Notes under the pieces: generated by a model | Database searches by the model: none | What the model was told of the DNA's origin: nothing | What the model saw: only the letters and a program-made list of their open reading frames with translations | Translations under genes and position numbers: made by a program | Part shown: piece by piece, positions 1 through 8,635 of the stretch | How the letters are laid out: each line of letters starts with the position of its first letter | Numbering within the stretch: position 1 is the first letter of the stretch | NCBI RefSeq assembly: GCF_000284455.1 | Contig: NC_017039.1 | Span: 1,620,001-1,652,000 of the forward strand | Source: Synechocystis sp. PCC 6803 substr. PCC-P | GTDB lineage: Bacteria > Cyanobacteriota > Cyanobacteriia > Cyanobacteriales > Microcystaceae | Reading direction: 5' to 3' | Length of the DNA stretch: 32,000 bases

Positions 1-909
1 GTGAATGATAATCACTCAACACGTTTGTATTTAAACAAAGTCAATATAATGACCCATCGTCAATCGCAACCAGTCATTGTTTATACGCCGGAGAGTCGTT
101 TACGGCATCCTGTTATTCTACTTCGGGAGATGAGACGGGATTTATTGGCGTCTCGCGGTCTGGCTTGGCAGTTGTTGGTGCGGGATATTAAGGCTCAGTA
201 TCGGCAGTCGTTGTTGGGGGTATTTTGGGCTTTTTTGCCACCGATTGTGACGGCGGTGGCGTTGTTGGTGGCGAAGGATGTGGGGGCGATCAATGTGGGG
301 GCAACGTCGATTCCTTATCCGGCCTATGTGATGTTTAGTATGGCGTTATGGCAAACGTTTGTGGAGGCCTTGAATGGCCCTGTGGCGGCGGTGGGGGCGG
401 CGAAACCGATGTTGGCGAAGATCAATTTCCCGAGGGAGGCGTTGATTTTGGCAAAGTTAGGGGAAGTATTTTTCAATTTTGGGATTAAGTTACTGTTGAT
501 TGTGGCTTTGTTTATCTGGTTTCGGATTCCGGTGAGTGAGATGGTGATCTTGGCGCCGGTGGCGTTAGTCCATTTGGTGGGGTTGGGGACGGGAATTGGG
601 TTATGGTTATCGCCGTTGGGGGCGTTGTATCAGGATATTGGCCGGGCAATTCCCTTGTTGATGACGCCTTGGTTGTTGTTAACGCCGGTAATTTATCCAC
701 CACCAACTAAGGGTTGGTTTAGTGTGTTGGTGAACTGGAATCCGGTGACGCCGTTGTTGGTAACGGTGCGGGATTTGGCGACGGTGGGGATGGTATCGGA
801 ACCAGCAGGGTTTTGGTGGGCTAGTGGGTTGATGGTAATTTTGCTGTTGTCAGGGTGGTTGTTTTACCGTTTGGCGATGCCGTTTATTGTTGAGCGCATG
901 AGTAGTTGA
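1..909 (+). CDS. ABC-2 type polysaccharide/O-antigen export permease (Wzm/KpsM-like)
   Basis: The ORF is open from base 1 (GTG), with an alternative ATG at 49 (MTHRQ...). The product is a multi-pass hydrophobic protein containing YRQSLLGVFWAFLPP, typical of ABC-2 permeases. It lies directly upstream of an ABC ATPase gene. Confidence 0.85.
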   Translation: MNDNHSTRLYLNKVNIMTHRQSQPVIVYTPESRLRHPVILLREMRRDLLASRGLAWQLLVRDIKAQYRQSLLGVFWAFLPPIVTAVALLVAKDVGAINVGATSIPYPAYVMFSMALWQTFVEALNGPVAAVGAAKPMLAKINFPREALILAKLGEVFFNFGIKLLLIVALFIWFRIPVSEMVILAPVALVHLVGLGTGIGLWLSPLGALYQDIGRAIPLLMTPWLLLTPVIYPPPTKGWFSVLVNWNPVTPLLVTVRDLATVGMVSEPAGFWWASGLMVILLLSGWLFYRLAMPFIVERMSS

Positions 910-1005
910 TCACTAAAGGCGTTGAAACAAGCCCTTAATGGGTAACGGTTTGTTACGGGTGTTAGGGGTTGGGGCTTGGTTGGGTATGCTGGTGGCTAAT
1001 GCTTT

Positions 1006-2121
1006 ATGGGAGTGGATGGGATGACCCAGGTGTTGCCAAGGCTGGAGCCGATCGCCGGCGGCGGTAGTGATGTGGTGCTGTCGGTGCAGGGGGTATCGAA
1101 GAAGTTTTGTCGTAGTCTGAAACGCTCTCTGTGGTATGGGGTGCAGGATATTGCGGCGGAGATGGTGGGGCGGGGTAGTCGTCGGGATCTGAGACCAGAT
1201 GAGTTTTGGGCGTTGAGGGATATTAGTTTTGAGTTGCGGCGGGGAGAGGCGTTGGGCTTAGTGGGGGCCAATGGCGCAGGGAAAACGACGCTGTTACGCA
1301 TTATTAGTGGTCTGATTAAGCCGGATGAGGGGGAGGTAAAAATTCGCGGACGGATTGCGCCGTTGATTGCGTTGGGGGCGGGGTTTAATCCAACCTTGAC
1401 GGGGAGGGAGAATATTTACACAAATATGTCGATTTTGGGGTTGACGAGGCAGGAAATTGATGATCGATTTGAGGATGTGGTGGCGTTTGCGGAGATTGGG
1501 GAGGCGTTGGATGCGCCGGTGCAGAGTTATAGTTCGGGGATGACGGCGCGGTTGGGGTTTGCTTGTGCAATTCATGTTGAACCAGAAATTTTATTGATTG
1601 ATGAAGTTTTAGCGGTTGGGGATATTAGGTTTCGGAGTAAGTGTTATGAACGTTTAACCGAATTACAAAAACATCAAGTTTCATTCATTCTAGTGACTCA
1701 CGCCGCTGATATGATTACTCGCATTTGTGAAACGGCTCTTTATCTCAAGAAGGGGCAACAAAGTCTATGGGATAAGTCAGAATTAGTGATGAAAACTTAC
1801 GATGATGATTTATTTGGAAATAATCAAGAGTCTAGTGATTTTTTTATAAATCAGGAACGTAAAATTTTGGAAATAACCGATGTTGGTCCCAAGAAAGATG
1901 CTGTTATTCGCTACATTGCTTTCGAGGATGAAAATGGTAATGTTCTTCCAGAGATTCGGTCTGGAGAAGGTATGCAACTTTGTATTGGTTGTCAAGTCAA
2001 TACCAAAATTGAAGATTTTAATGTAGGTTTGGGCATTCAAGGATTTTCTTTTGGGATGTTTGATAAAATTTTAGTCATGAATACATTCAGAATCGTTGAA
2101 TGGCACTTATGTACGACCTAA
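1006..2121 (+). CDS. Polysaccharide ABC exporter ATP-binding protein (Wzt-like), 3' end truncated by IS insertion at about 2088
   Basis: It has Walker A GANGAGKTT, signature YSSGM and Walker B ILLIDEVLAVGD. A partial Wzt-type C-terminal beta domain follows. The last 11 codons (RIVEWHLCTT*) are read from the IS inverted repeat. An alternative start is the ATG at 1021. Confidence 0.85.
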   Translation: MGVDGMTQVLPRLEPIAGGGSDVVLSVQGVSKKFCRSLKRSLWYGVQDIAAEMVGRGSRRDLRPDEFWALRDISFELRRGEALGLVGANGAGKTTLLRIISGLIKPDEGEVKIRGRIAPLIALGAGFNPTLTGRENIYTNMSILGLTRQEIDDRFEDVVAFAEIGEALDAPVQSYSSGMTARLGFACAIHVEPEILLIDEVLAVGDIRFRSKCYERLTELQKHQVSFILVTHAADMITRICETALYLKKGQQSLWDKSELVMKTYDDDLFGNNQESSDFFINQERKILEITDVGPKKDAVIRYIAFEDENGNVLPEIRSGEGMQLCIGCQVNTKIEDFNVGLGIQGFSFGMFDKILVMNTFRIVEWHLCTT

Positions 2122-2157
2122 AAATAGACAGAATAATCCTACAGCAAAGCAAATTCA

Positions 2158-2724
2158 TCACCTTAGTGCTAACTCCCTTAGCCAGTGTACATAGCTTATT
2201 TTTTCACACATGAAAGCCTGTAAATAACGTAGTTTGTCTAACATTGTTGTACCTGCTTCTTTTGGGATTACCAGTAATTTTAGTATTAAATAAGCAATTA
2301 TACAGGTATAGATTTGAATCCCAATTGCATTCTCATTTTTGGCAATCAGTCTATTCAGCTTTAAGTGCATTTTTAAGAATTTCCATAAAAATTCTATTTG
2401 CCATCTTTTTTTATAAATTTCTGCTATTTTTTCATCACTAACTCCTTCTATTTCTTTACTTTCTATAGGTAAATTTGTAACCAATCTAAACTCTGAATTA
2501 TCATGGGTGAATATTACCACTCTACTCTCTATTTTATTCTTTCCAGTTCCAACCATATAGTTATCATTGGCTAATTTTTCTAGCTTTATATTATTCTTTA
2601 TTCTTAATACATGATATTTGTTATTCTCCTTTTGTAATCTCTTGATTCTCTGTAAGTCACAAAATCCTCTATCCATTACTGCTACTCCATTTTCTGGAGT
2701 CTCTTCTATTGTTTCATTCCCATA
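2158..2724 (-). pseudogene. IS4-family DDE transposase, C-terminal fragment
   Basis: It contains VMDRGF (second D) and the YREK motif. After removing ISY100 it is in frame with the N-terminal fragment: ...GQGHDNKY|GNETIEETPENG..., giving a continuous product of about 338 aa. Confidence 0.8.
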
Positions 2725-3671
2725 TAGTAGTTTCAAATAAAGCTGAGACGCTAAACGCCACAGTAAGAACGGATAATTTCATCAAGAGACGTGTCAATAG
2801 GAGCGTACATTCTAGCTCGTTTCAAGGCACTAAAGTCATGCTCAATATCATTTAAATCAGGAGAATATTTCGGCAAAAAAAGAACTTCATGACCTGCTTC
2901 TTTAGCCAATTCTTTAATGGCAGTTTTACGATGAATAGGAGCATTATCCATTATTAATATTGATGGAATGTCGAGGGAGGATAGCAAATATAATTTTAAC
3001 CATCCTTCAAAGCCTTCTGCATTCAAACTCCCGGTAAAAACCATCGGCGCAATCAAATCTTTTTTTCCTTTTCTTCTCCCTGCTACTAGATTTTCTCTGA
3101 CTCCCCTTTTTCCTTGTCTATCTCCATAAACTTTTTTTCCTTTTTTTGACCAGGCATAAATACAAGCCTGGATTGCTTCGAATCCAGATTCATCTATGTA
3201 AACTATAGCTTGACTACCATAGAGCTTAATTAGTTCTCTTAACATTCTATAGTACTTAACTCGTTCCTCCCGGTTTCTTTCTCGATAACGTAGTTCTTTT
3301 TTTTTTCTGTTTATTTTCATTTTCTTTAATGCGTAATATACGGCACTCGGCCTCACTCCAAATTTCTTGGCTCTGTCTATCAATCTTGCATCGGGATTTT
3401 CTTCTACGTCTTTTTTTAGAGCTTCCCAGTCTAATTTCCTATGGCGACGCTCTACTTTTGTTGGGCTTAAATCTACTCTATTTAACCATCTGTATATCGA
3501 GGCTTTTCCTATTTTATATATCTTGGAAGCCTCAGTTATTTTTCCTCCAGCTTCTATATAAGCTACTACTCTTTGCCTCAAATCTAAACTGTAAGCCATT
3601 GTTTAAACCTGTTCATTTTGTACACTCCATAATTTTACATTAAATTCTCTCATCGTTAATTGAAATGACTA
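2725..3671 (-). mobile_element. ISY100-type IS630/Tc1-mariner family insertion sequence, copy 1 (947 bp, intact)
   Basis: It has roughly 23-bp imperfect inverted repeats (tagtcatttcaattaacgatgag and tagtagtttcaaataaagctgag). A TA target duplication flanks it at 2723-2724 and 3672-3673. It is nearly identical to the copy at 5121-6066. Confidence 0.9.
2751..3599 (-). CDS. IS630-family (ISY100) transposase, 282 aa, uninterrupted
   Basis: A single ORF has an N-terminal HTH region (ASKIYKIGKASIYRWL) and a DDE/D catalytic region (YIDESGF...IMDNAPIH...YSPDLNDIEHDF). Confidence 0.9.
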   Translation of the reverse strand: MAYSLDLRQRVVAYIEAGGKITEASKIYKIGKASIYRWLNRVDLSPTKVERRHRKLDWEALKKDVEENPDARLIDRAKKFGVRPSAVYYALKKMKINRKKKELRYRERNREERVKYYRMLRELIKLYGSQAIVYIDESGFEAIQACIYAWSKKGKKVYGDRQGKRGVRENLVAGRRKGKKDLIAPMVFTGSLNAEGFEGWLKLYLLSSLDIPSILIMDNAPIHRKTAIKELAKEAGHEVLFLPKYSPDLNDIEHDFSALKRARMYAPIDTSLDEIIRSYCGV

Positions 3672-4123
3672 TATTTATTATCATGACCTTGTCCAAAGTG
3701 AATTACTATTCCCCCCGGAATCCCTGTTGATAAGTTAATCCCACTGAATACTTTTACCTGATGAAATCCAAGGTTCCACATCAACTTACTAGTTATGCTG
3801 ACAATGGTTGAATCGAGAGGAAATATTTCTAATTCTCCCTGCTTAATTTCCTTCCTTTTCGACAATTCCTTTTTTAAGGAAAATATTATTTCTCTAAAAA
3901 CTCCCACATCCCTTTTTTTGCTTGCCTTTGAGAATGTAGATATATCGACTGTCTCTCCTCGTAAGTTCAGTCTTTTAAACATACTCCTCATGCTTGTCTG
4001 GCTCTGGTCTAACACTAATCCTAACCAGATACTCACAAACTTAAATGTGTCTAATACTGGGTAGTCATCTTTAGGAAAATTAGATAGATAAGTTTTGACA
4101 ATATGTCCAAAATTTGATATCAT
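3672..4123 (-). pseudogene. IS4-family DDE transposase, N-terminal fragment
   Basis: It contains FPLDSTIV (first catalytic D). The frame runs into ISY100 and stops after 4 IS-derived codons (SHFN*). Confidence 0.8.
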
Positions 4124-4147
4124 CGCTTCAATTATTCTAATATTTCT

Positions 4148-4181
4148 GCCCTTTATTCTATCATTTTAAAGGGCTTTTTTT
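4148..4181 (+). terminator. Hairpin plus T-run inside the IS4 element end
   Basis: An 8-bp stem (gcccttta at 4148-4155 and taaagggc at 4167-4174) is followed by T7 at 4175-4181. It lies upstream of the minus-strand transposase start, so its role is unclear; it may block or sequester read-through. Confidence 0.25.
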
Positions 4182-4210
4182 CTCTTTATAACTATCGTTC
4201 AACACTTCTG

Positions 4211-4660
4211 ATAGAAACCTTACAACAATTGGCTGGTAGTGACTTAAAAATTTATTTGGAAAATAATGTTTTGTTGAATTACACGCAAAAACTCTATGCA
4301 CCAGAAAATCCCTTACTGATGACTGACTATCAAGGTTATTTAGAACTACAGCAGTATCTAAATTTTAACTTATTATTAGATGTTGCTCACTTAAAAGTAA
4401 GTTGTAATTCATTAGGTTTAAATTTTGATGAACAACTTGATAAACTTCTTCCCCTTTCTAATTATGTTCATTTGAGTGATAACGATGGAAAACATGACCA
4501 AAATCAAGGATTTACTCAAGACGGTGAACTCCTACATAAACTGAAAAAATATGATTTTACAGGTAAAACAATCACCTTAGAGATTTATCATCAGGTTGAA
4601 ACAATTCAAGAACAATATCAATTAATTAAACAGGAGTTAGGATTGACTCATGATAGTTAA
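4211..4660 (+). pseudogene. Sugar-phosphate isomerase/epimerase (xylose-isomerase-like TIM barrel), 5'-truncated remnant
   Basis: The frame is open right back to the IS4 end at 4210. It keeps only the C-terminal half motifs (YLENN, LLLDVAHL, HLSDNDGKHDQNQGF). The N-terminal 110-130 aa expected for this fold are missing. Confidence 0.6.
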
Positions 4661-5120
4661 CCACGATAAACAAATCAACGCCATGAGTTTGCTCGCTAAC
4701 AGTACCATTCGGCAAACCATGCAAGCCATCGATCAAGGAGGGTTAGGAACAGCCTTACTCATTGATCCTGATACCGAATATTTTGTCGGCTTAGTCACTG
4801 ATGGCGATATTCGGCGGGCTTTGCTTAAGGGATTGGGTTTAGAATCTCCAATCTCTCAGGTAAGTCGCCCTGCTTCCATAACTGCCCGTTTAGGCATGAC
4901 TCCTAGCGAAATTGCTGCCTTGTTCAGTCAGCCTGTGCGGATTGTTCCCTTACTGGATGACCAAGGAAAAGTTGCAGATATAGCCATTTTTGACAAAAGA
5001 ATTCGCTTACCTGTCGCTGAACCCTCTTTAGGCGAAAAAGAACTTGCCTATGTCAATGAATGCATGTTAACGGGCTGGGTATCGTCCGCCGGAAAATTTG
5101 TTACCCGCTTTGAAGATTTA
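4650..5120 (+). pseudogene. CBS-pair domain fused to a DegT/DnrJ/EryC1/StrS aminotransferase, 5' fragment (split by ISY100)
   Basis: It contains CBS-pair sequence (LVTDGDIRRALL...VPLLDDQGKVADI) followed by the start of the aminotransferase (LPVAEPSLGEKELAYVNECMLTGWVSSAGKFVTRFEDL). Confidence 0.85.
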
Positions 5121-6066
5121 TAGTCATTTCAATTAACGATGAGAGAATTTAATGTAAAATTATGGAGTGTACAAAATGAACAGGTTTAAACAATGGCTTA
5201 CAGTTTAGATTTAAGGCAAAGGGTAGTAGCTTATATAGAAGCTGGAGGAAAAATAACTGAGGCTTCCAAGATATATAAAATAGGAAAAGCCTCGATATAC
5301 AGATGGTTAAATAGAGTAGATTTAAGCCCAACAAAAGTAGAGCGTCGCCATAGGAAATTAGACTGGGAAGCTCTAAAAAAAGACGTAGAAGAAAATCCCG
5401 ATGCAAGATTGATAGACAGAGTCAAGAAATTTGGAGTGAGGCCGAGTGCCGTATATTACGCATTAAAGAAAATGAAAATAAACAGAAAAAAAAAGAACTA
5501 CGTTATCGAGAAAGAAACCGGGAGGAACGAGTTAAGTACTATAGAATGTTAAGAGAACTAATTAAGCTCTATGGTAGTCAAGCTATAGTTTACATAGATG
5601 AATCTGGATTCGAAGCAATCCAGGCTTGTATTTATGCCTGGTCAAAAAAAGGAAAAAAAGTTTATGGAGATAGACAAGGAAAAAGGGGAGTCAGAGAAAA
5701 TCTAGTAGCAGGGAGAAGAAAAGGAAAAAAAGATTTGATTGCGCCGATGGTTTTTACCGGGAGTTTGAATGCAGAAGGCTTTGAAGGATGGTTAAAATTA
5801 TATTTGCTACCCTCCCTCGACATTCCATCAATATTAATAATGGATAATGCTCCTATTCATCGTAAAACTGCCATTAAAGAATTGGCTAAAGAAGCAGGTC
5901 ATGAAGTTCTTTTTTTGCCGAAATATTCTCCTGATTTAAATGATATTGAGCATGACTTTAGTGCCTTGAAACGAGCTAGAATGTACGCTCCTATTGACAC
6001 GTCTCTTGATGAAATTATCCGTTCTTACTGTGGCGTTTAGCGTCTCAGCTTTATTTGAAACTACTA
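5121..6066 (+). mobile_element. ISY100-type IS630 family insertion sequence, copy 2 (946 bp, 1-bp shorter)
   Basis: It has the same inverted repeats as copy 1. A TA duplication flanks it at 5119-5120 and 6067-6068. It is in opposite orientation to copy 1. Confidence 0.9.
5193..6040 (+). pseudogene. ISY100 transposase inactivated by a -1 frameshift
   Basis: The gene is split into ORFs 5193-5552 and 5546-6040. The homopolymer is A9 at 5486-5494, against T10 (A10 in sense) at 3297-3306 in copy 1. There are also two amino-acid substitutions relative to copy 1. Confidence 0.9.
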
Positions 6067-7046
6067 TATTTGCTGAATTTTGCGGAACAAAATATGCAGT
6101 AGCAGTTAGCAGTGGTACTGCCGCGTTGCATTTGGCTCTCCTCGCCTTAAATATTGGTGCCGGTGATGAGGTAATTGTTCCAACGTTAAGTTTTATCGCT
6201 ACGGCTAATGCAGTTACTTACACAGGAGCTAAACCCATTTTTGTGGATAGTGAATGGGAAACATGGAATATTAACCCTGATTTAATTGAAGCTGCCATTA
6301 CTCCTCGCACCAAAGCCATCATGCCCGTTCATCTCTATGGACATCCTGCGAAAATGGACAAAATTCTCGATATTGCTCAACGCTATCATTTAGCTGTGAT
6401 TGAAGATGCAGCAGAAGCTCACGGCGCAACTTATCAGGGAAAAACCGTTGGAAGCTTAGGAGATTTGGGGATTTTTAGCTTTTATGGTAATAAAATTGTA
6501 ACCACAGGGGAAGGCGGCATGATAGTTACTGATGACGAAGAATTAGCACAAAAAATTCGTATTCTCAAAGACCATGGAATGTCGAAAAAACAAAGATACT
6601 GGCATCCTATTTTAGGATATAACTACCGCATAACTAATATTCAGGCAGCTTTAGGAGTTGCTCAAATGGAGCGAATTAATAAAATACCTGAGGCTAAACG
6701 ACGCATTGCCCAACTGTATGAACAAGAATTGTTACAAATTCAAGGCTTAACTTTACCTCCGCGTCAACCCTGGGCAGAAAGCGTCTTTTGGTTATACACG
6801 ATTTTAATTAATCAGGACAAACTGGAATTAAATCGAGATCAATTAATGTCGAGGTTGCAAGAAAAAGGAATTGAAACCAGACCTTTGTTTATTCCTATTC
6901 ATCGTCAGCCCATTTATAACACTCATCAGTCATTACCTGTAGCTGAATCATTAAGCAAGAATGGGTTAAGTTTACCTAGTTTTGTTACCTTGTCTAATGA
7001 AAATCTTTATCAAATTATAGACTCGATTAAAAAAGTTATCAGTTAA
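6067..7046 (+). pseudogene. DegT/DnrJ/EryC1/StrS family PLP aminotransferase (perosamine-synthetase-like), 3' fragment
   Basis: It contains FAEFCGTKYAVAVSSGTAALHLAL, DAAEAHG and SFYGNKIVTTGEGG (PLP lysine region). The part of the tracked ORF before 6067 is IS-derived. Confidence 0.85.
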
Positions 7047-7066
7047 CCCTCAAAACAAGAAAGATC

Positions 7067-8635
7067 ATGTTCATGCAGAAAATACAAGCCAAATTTTACT
7101 CTTTAAAAACTAGACTAATTAATAAATTTATTAGGCTATCTCCTTGGTGTTATGATATTTACTATCGCTATTTTACTTCTTGGCAACAAGGCTCAATTAA
7201 GGGAATATATTTACACCCATCATGGAAAAAAAATGCAAATCATGTTCTCATATTTACTCAGCGATATTGGCTAATTCATACAGCAGTGGAAAGTGCTTTT
7301 GCCAAAGAACTTCAAACACAAGGTTGGAATGTAACAGTTGTAGGATGTGATCAAGCCATAAGAACTTGTGATAATATGATGTATGGTCAAACCTTAGAAA
7401 CAAAACCCTTAACACATCAGTGTAGTTACTGCTCTTATCTATTAAAGAAACTTTGTCAAAGAGTGGGAGTGAATTATATTTCTATTCGTGAATATTTAGA
7501 AAGAAATCCTGTTCAATCTGATAGTTTGCCATACCGAGACTATGAAAAAATTGTTTGGTGTTCATGGGTAAGATTGTTAAGAAGTCAACATCCTCAAGAG
7601 CAAGAAGAATTTGCTCTGCGTCATTCTCTAGTAGAAAGTTGTCAAACAATTGATCGATTTTTAACCCATTATTTAGAACATAACAAAGTAGATCAAGTAA
7701 TTATGTTAAATGGCAAGTTTTTTGCTGAACAACTTTTGAGAGAACATTGTCACGAAAAAGATATTCCTTATATTTCCTATGAAAAGGGAACGTTTAAGGA
7801 AACTCTGGTATTTGCCAAAAATAAAGCGGCTATCCCTTATCCAACCTTAGAAAAATGGCAACAACGAAAAGATATTCCTTTAACCCAAGAACAAAAACAA
7901 CGATTGTATGGGTATCTAGAACAAAGAAAAGTGGTTGGTAATGCTGGAATTGTTCCGTTATATTCAACCATGACTGAAGATCAAAAGCAACTTAGTCTTA
8001 AGTATGGAATTGATTTAACTAAAGATATAGTAGTCCTATTTACTAATGTCATTTGGGATTCTTCTGTTGTTTTAGAAGACACGATTTTTTCTAATATTTT
8101 TGAATGGATAACTACAGTAATTAATTTTTATATAAAAAATCAGGATACCCAATTGATTATTAGAATCCATCCTGCTGAAATCAAGATATCTCCACAGCAG
8201 CAAACCCGAGACAAAGTTCAAGATTTTATTCAATCAAAATTCCCTACTTTACCTAGTAATATTATTGTGATATCACCTCAAGATGACGCGAGTCCATATA
8301 CTTTAATGAATTTGGCAAAAATTGGATTGGTTTATACTTCTACTACTGGATTAGAAATGGCTTTAAAAGAAAAACCTGTAATAGTTTGTAGTAATACTCA
8401 TTATGCCAATACAGAGTTCGTTTACACACCTTTAAATACAAAAGAATTTTTAATCTTTTTGAGTCAAAATTTGCAACTACGCAATCAACAGTTAATTTAC
8501 GCCGAAAGATATGCTTATATGCTGTATTTTGAATATATGATTCCTTATTCAAATTGGATTAATCAAAAAAATGCCAATTACAAATTCAAAACCGCTATAT
8601 CTGAAATGAATCTTCTAAGGCAGGCGGAATTATGA
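7067..8635 (+). CDS. Capsule polysaccharide biosynthesis (KpsS/KpsC-like, Capsule_synth) family protein, putative
   Basis: This is a 522-aa ORF. The segment VLFTNVIWDSSVV...LIIRIHPAE resembles the KpsS/KpsC pattern (block of hydrophobics, D, then K/R-x-HP). The assignment rests on motif recall only. Confidence 0.45.
   Translation: MFMQKIQAKFYSLKTRLINKFIRLSPWCYDIYYRYFTSWQQGSIKGIYLHPSWKKNANHVLIFTQRYWLIHTAVESAFAKELQTQGWNVTVVGCDQAIRTCDNMMYGQTLETKPLTHQCSYCSYLLKKLCQRVGVNYISIREYLERNPVQSDSLPYRDYEKIVWCSWVRLLRSQHPQEQEEFALRHSLVESCQTIDRFLTHYLEHNKVDQVIMLNGKFFAEQLLREHCHEKDIPYISYEKGTFKETLVFAKNKAAIPYPTLEKWQQRKDIPLTQEQKQRLYGYLEQRKVVGNAGIVPLYSTMTEDQKQLSLKYGIDLTKDIVVLFTNVIWDSSVVLEDTIFSNIFEWITTVINFYIKNQDTQLIIRIHPAEIKISPQQQTRDKVQDFIQSKFPTLPSNIIVISPQDDASPYTLMNLAKIGLVYTSTTGLEMALKEKPVIVCSNTHYANTEFVYTPLNTKEFLIFLSQNLQLRNQQLIYAERYAYMLYFEYMIPYSNWINQKNANYKFKTAISEMNLLRQAEL

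Larger units (their letters stand above)
2088..4210 (-). mobile_element. IS4-family insertion sequence (ISY203-like), itself interrupted by an ISY100 copy
   Basis: Imperfect terminal inverted repeats match at 17 of the first 23 positions (cagaatcgttgaatggcacttat at 2088, versus the reverse complement of the 4210 end, cagaagtgttgaacgatagttat). The span is 2123 bp, or 1174 bp after removing the 949-bp ISY100 plus TA. Ends are uncertain by 1-2 bp. The split transposase carries the IS4 signature Y-(2)-R-(3)-E-(6)-K in YKKRWQIEFLWKFLK. Confidence 0.75.

Noticed and set aside
3329-3643. ORFs of 64-104 codons antisense to the ISY100 transposase (3329-3643 and 3367-3561, with twins at 5149-5406 and 5231-5425).
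   Set aside because: They lie entirely inside the well-supported transposase gene on the opposite strand. Their products are low-complexity and L/F/S-rich. They recur only because the IS is duplicated.
5486-5552. Programmed -1/+1 ribosomal frameshifting as the normal expression mode of the ISY100 transposase.
   Set aside because: Copy 1 encodes the same protein as a single uninterrupted 282-aa ORF. The split in copy 2 is therefore best explained by a 1-bp homopolymer contraction.
5994-6066. The N-terminal 24 codons of tracked ORF 5994-7046 (MTRLLMKLSVLTVAFSVSALFETT).
   Set aside because: This part is read from the right end of ISY100. The genuine aminotransferase sequence resumes at 6067 and is continuous with the fragment that ends at 5120.
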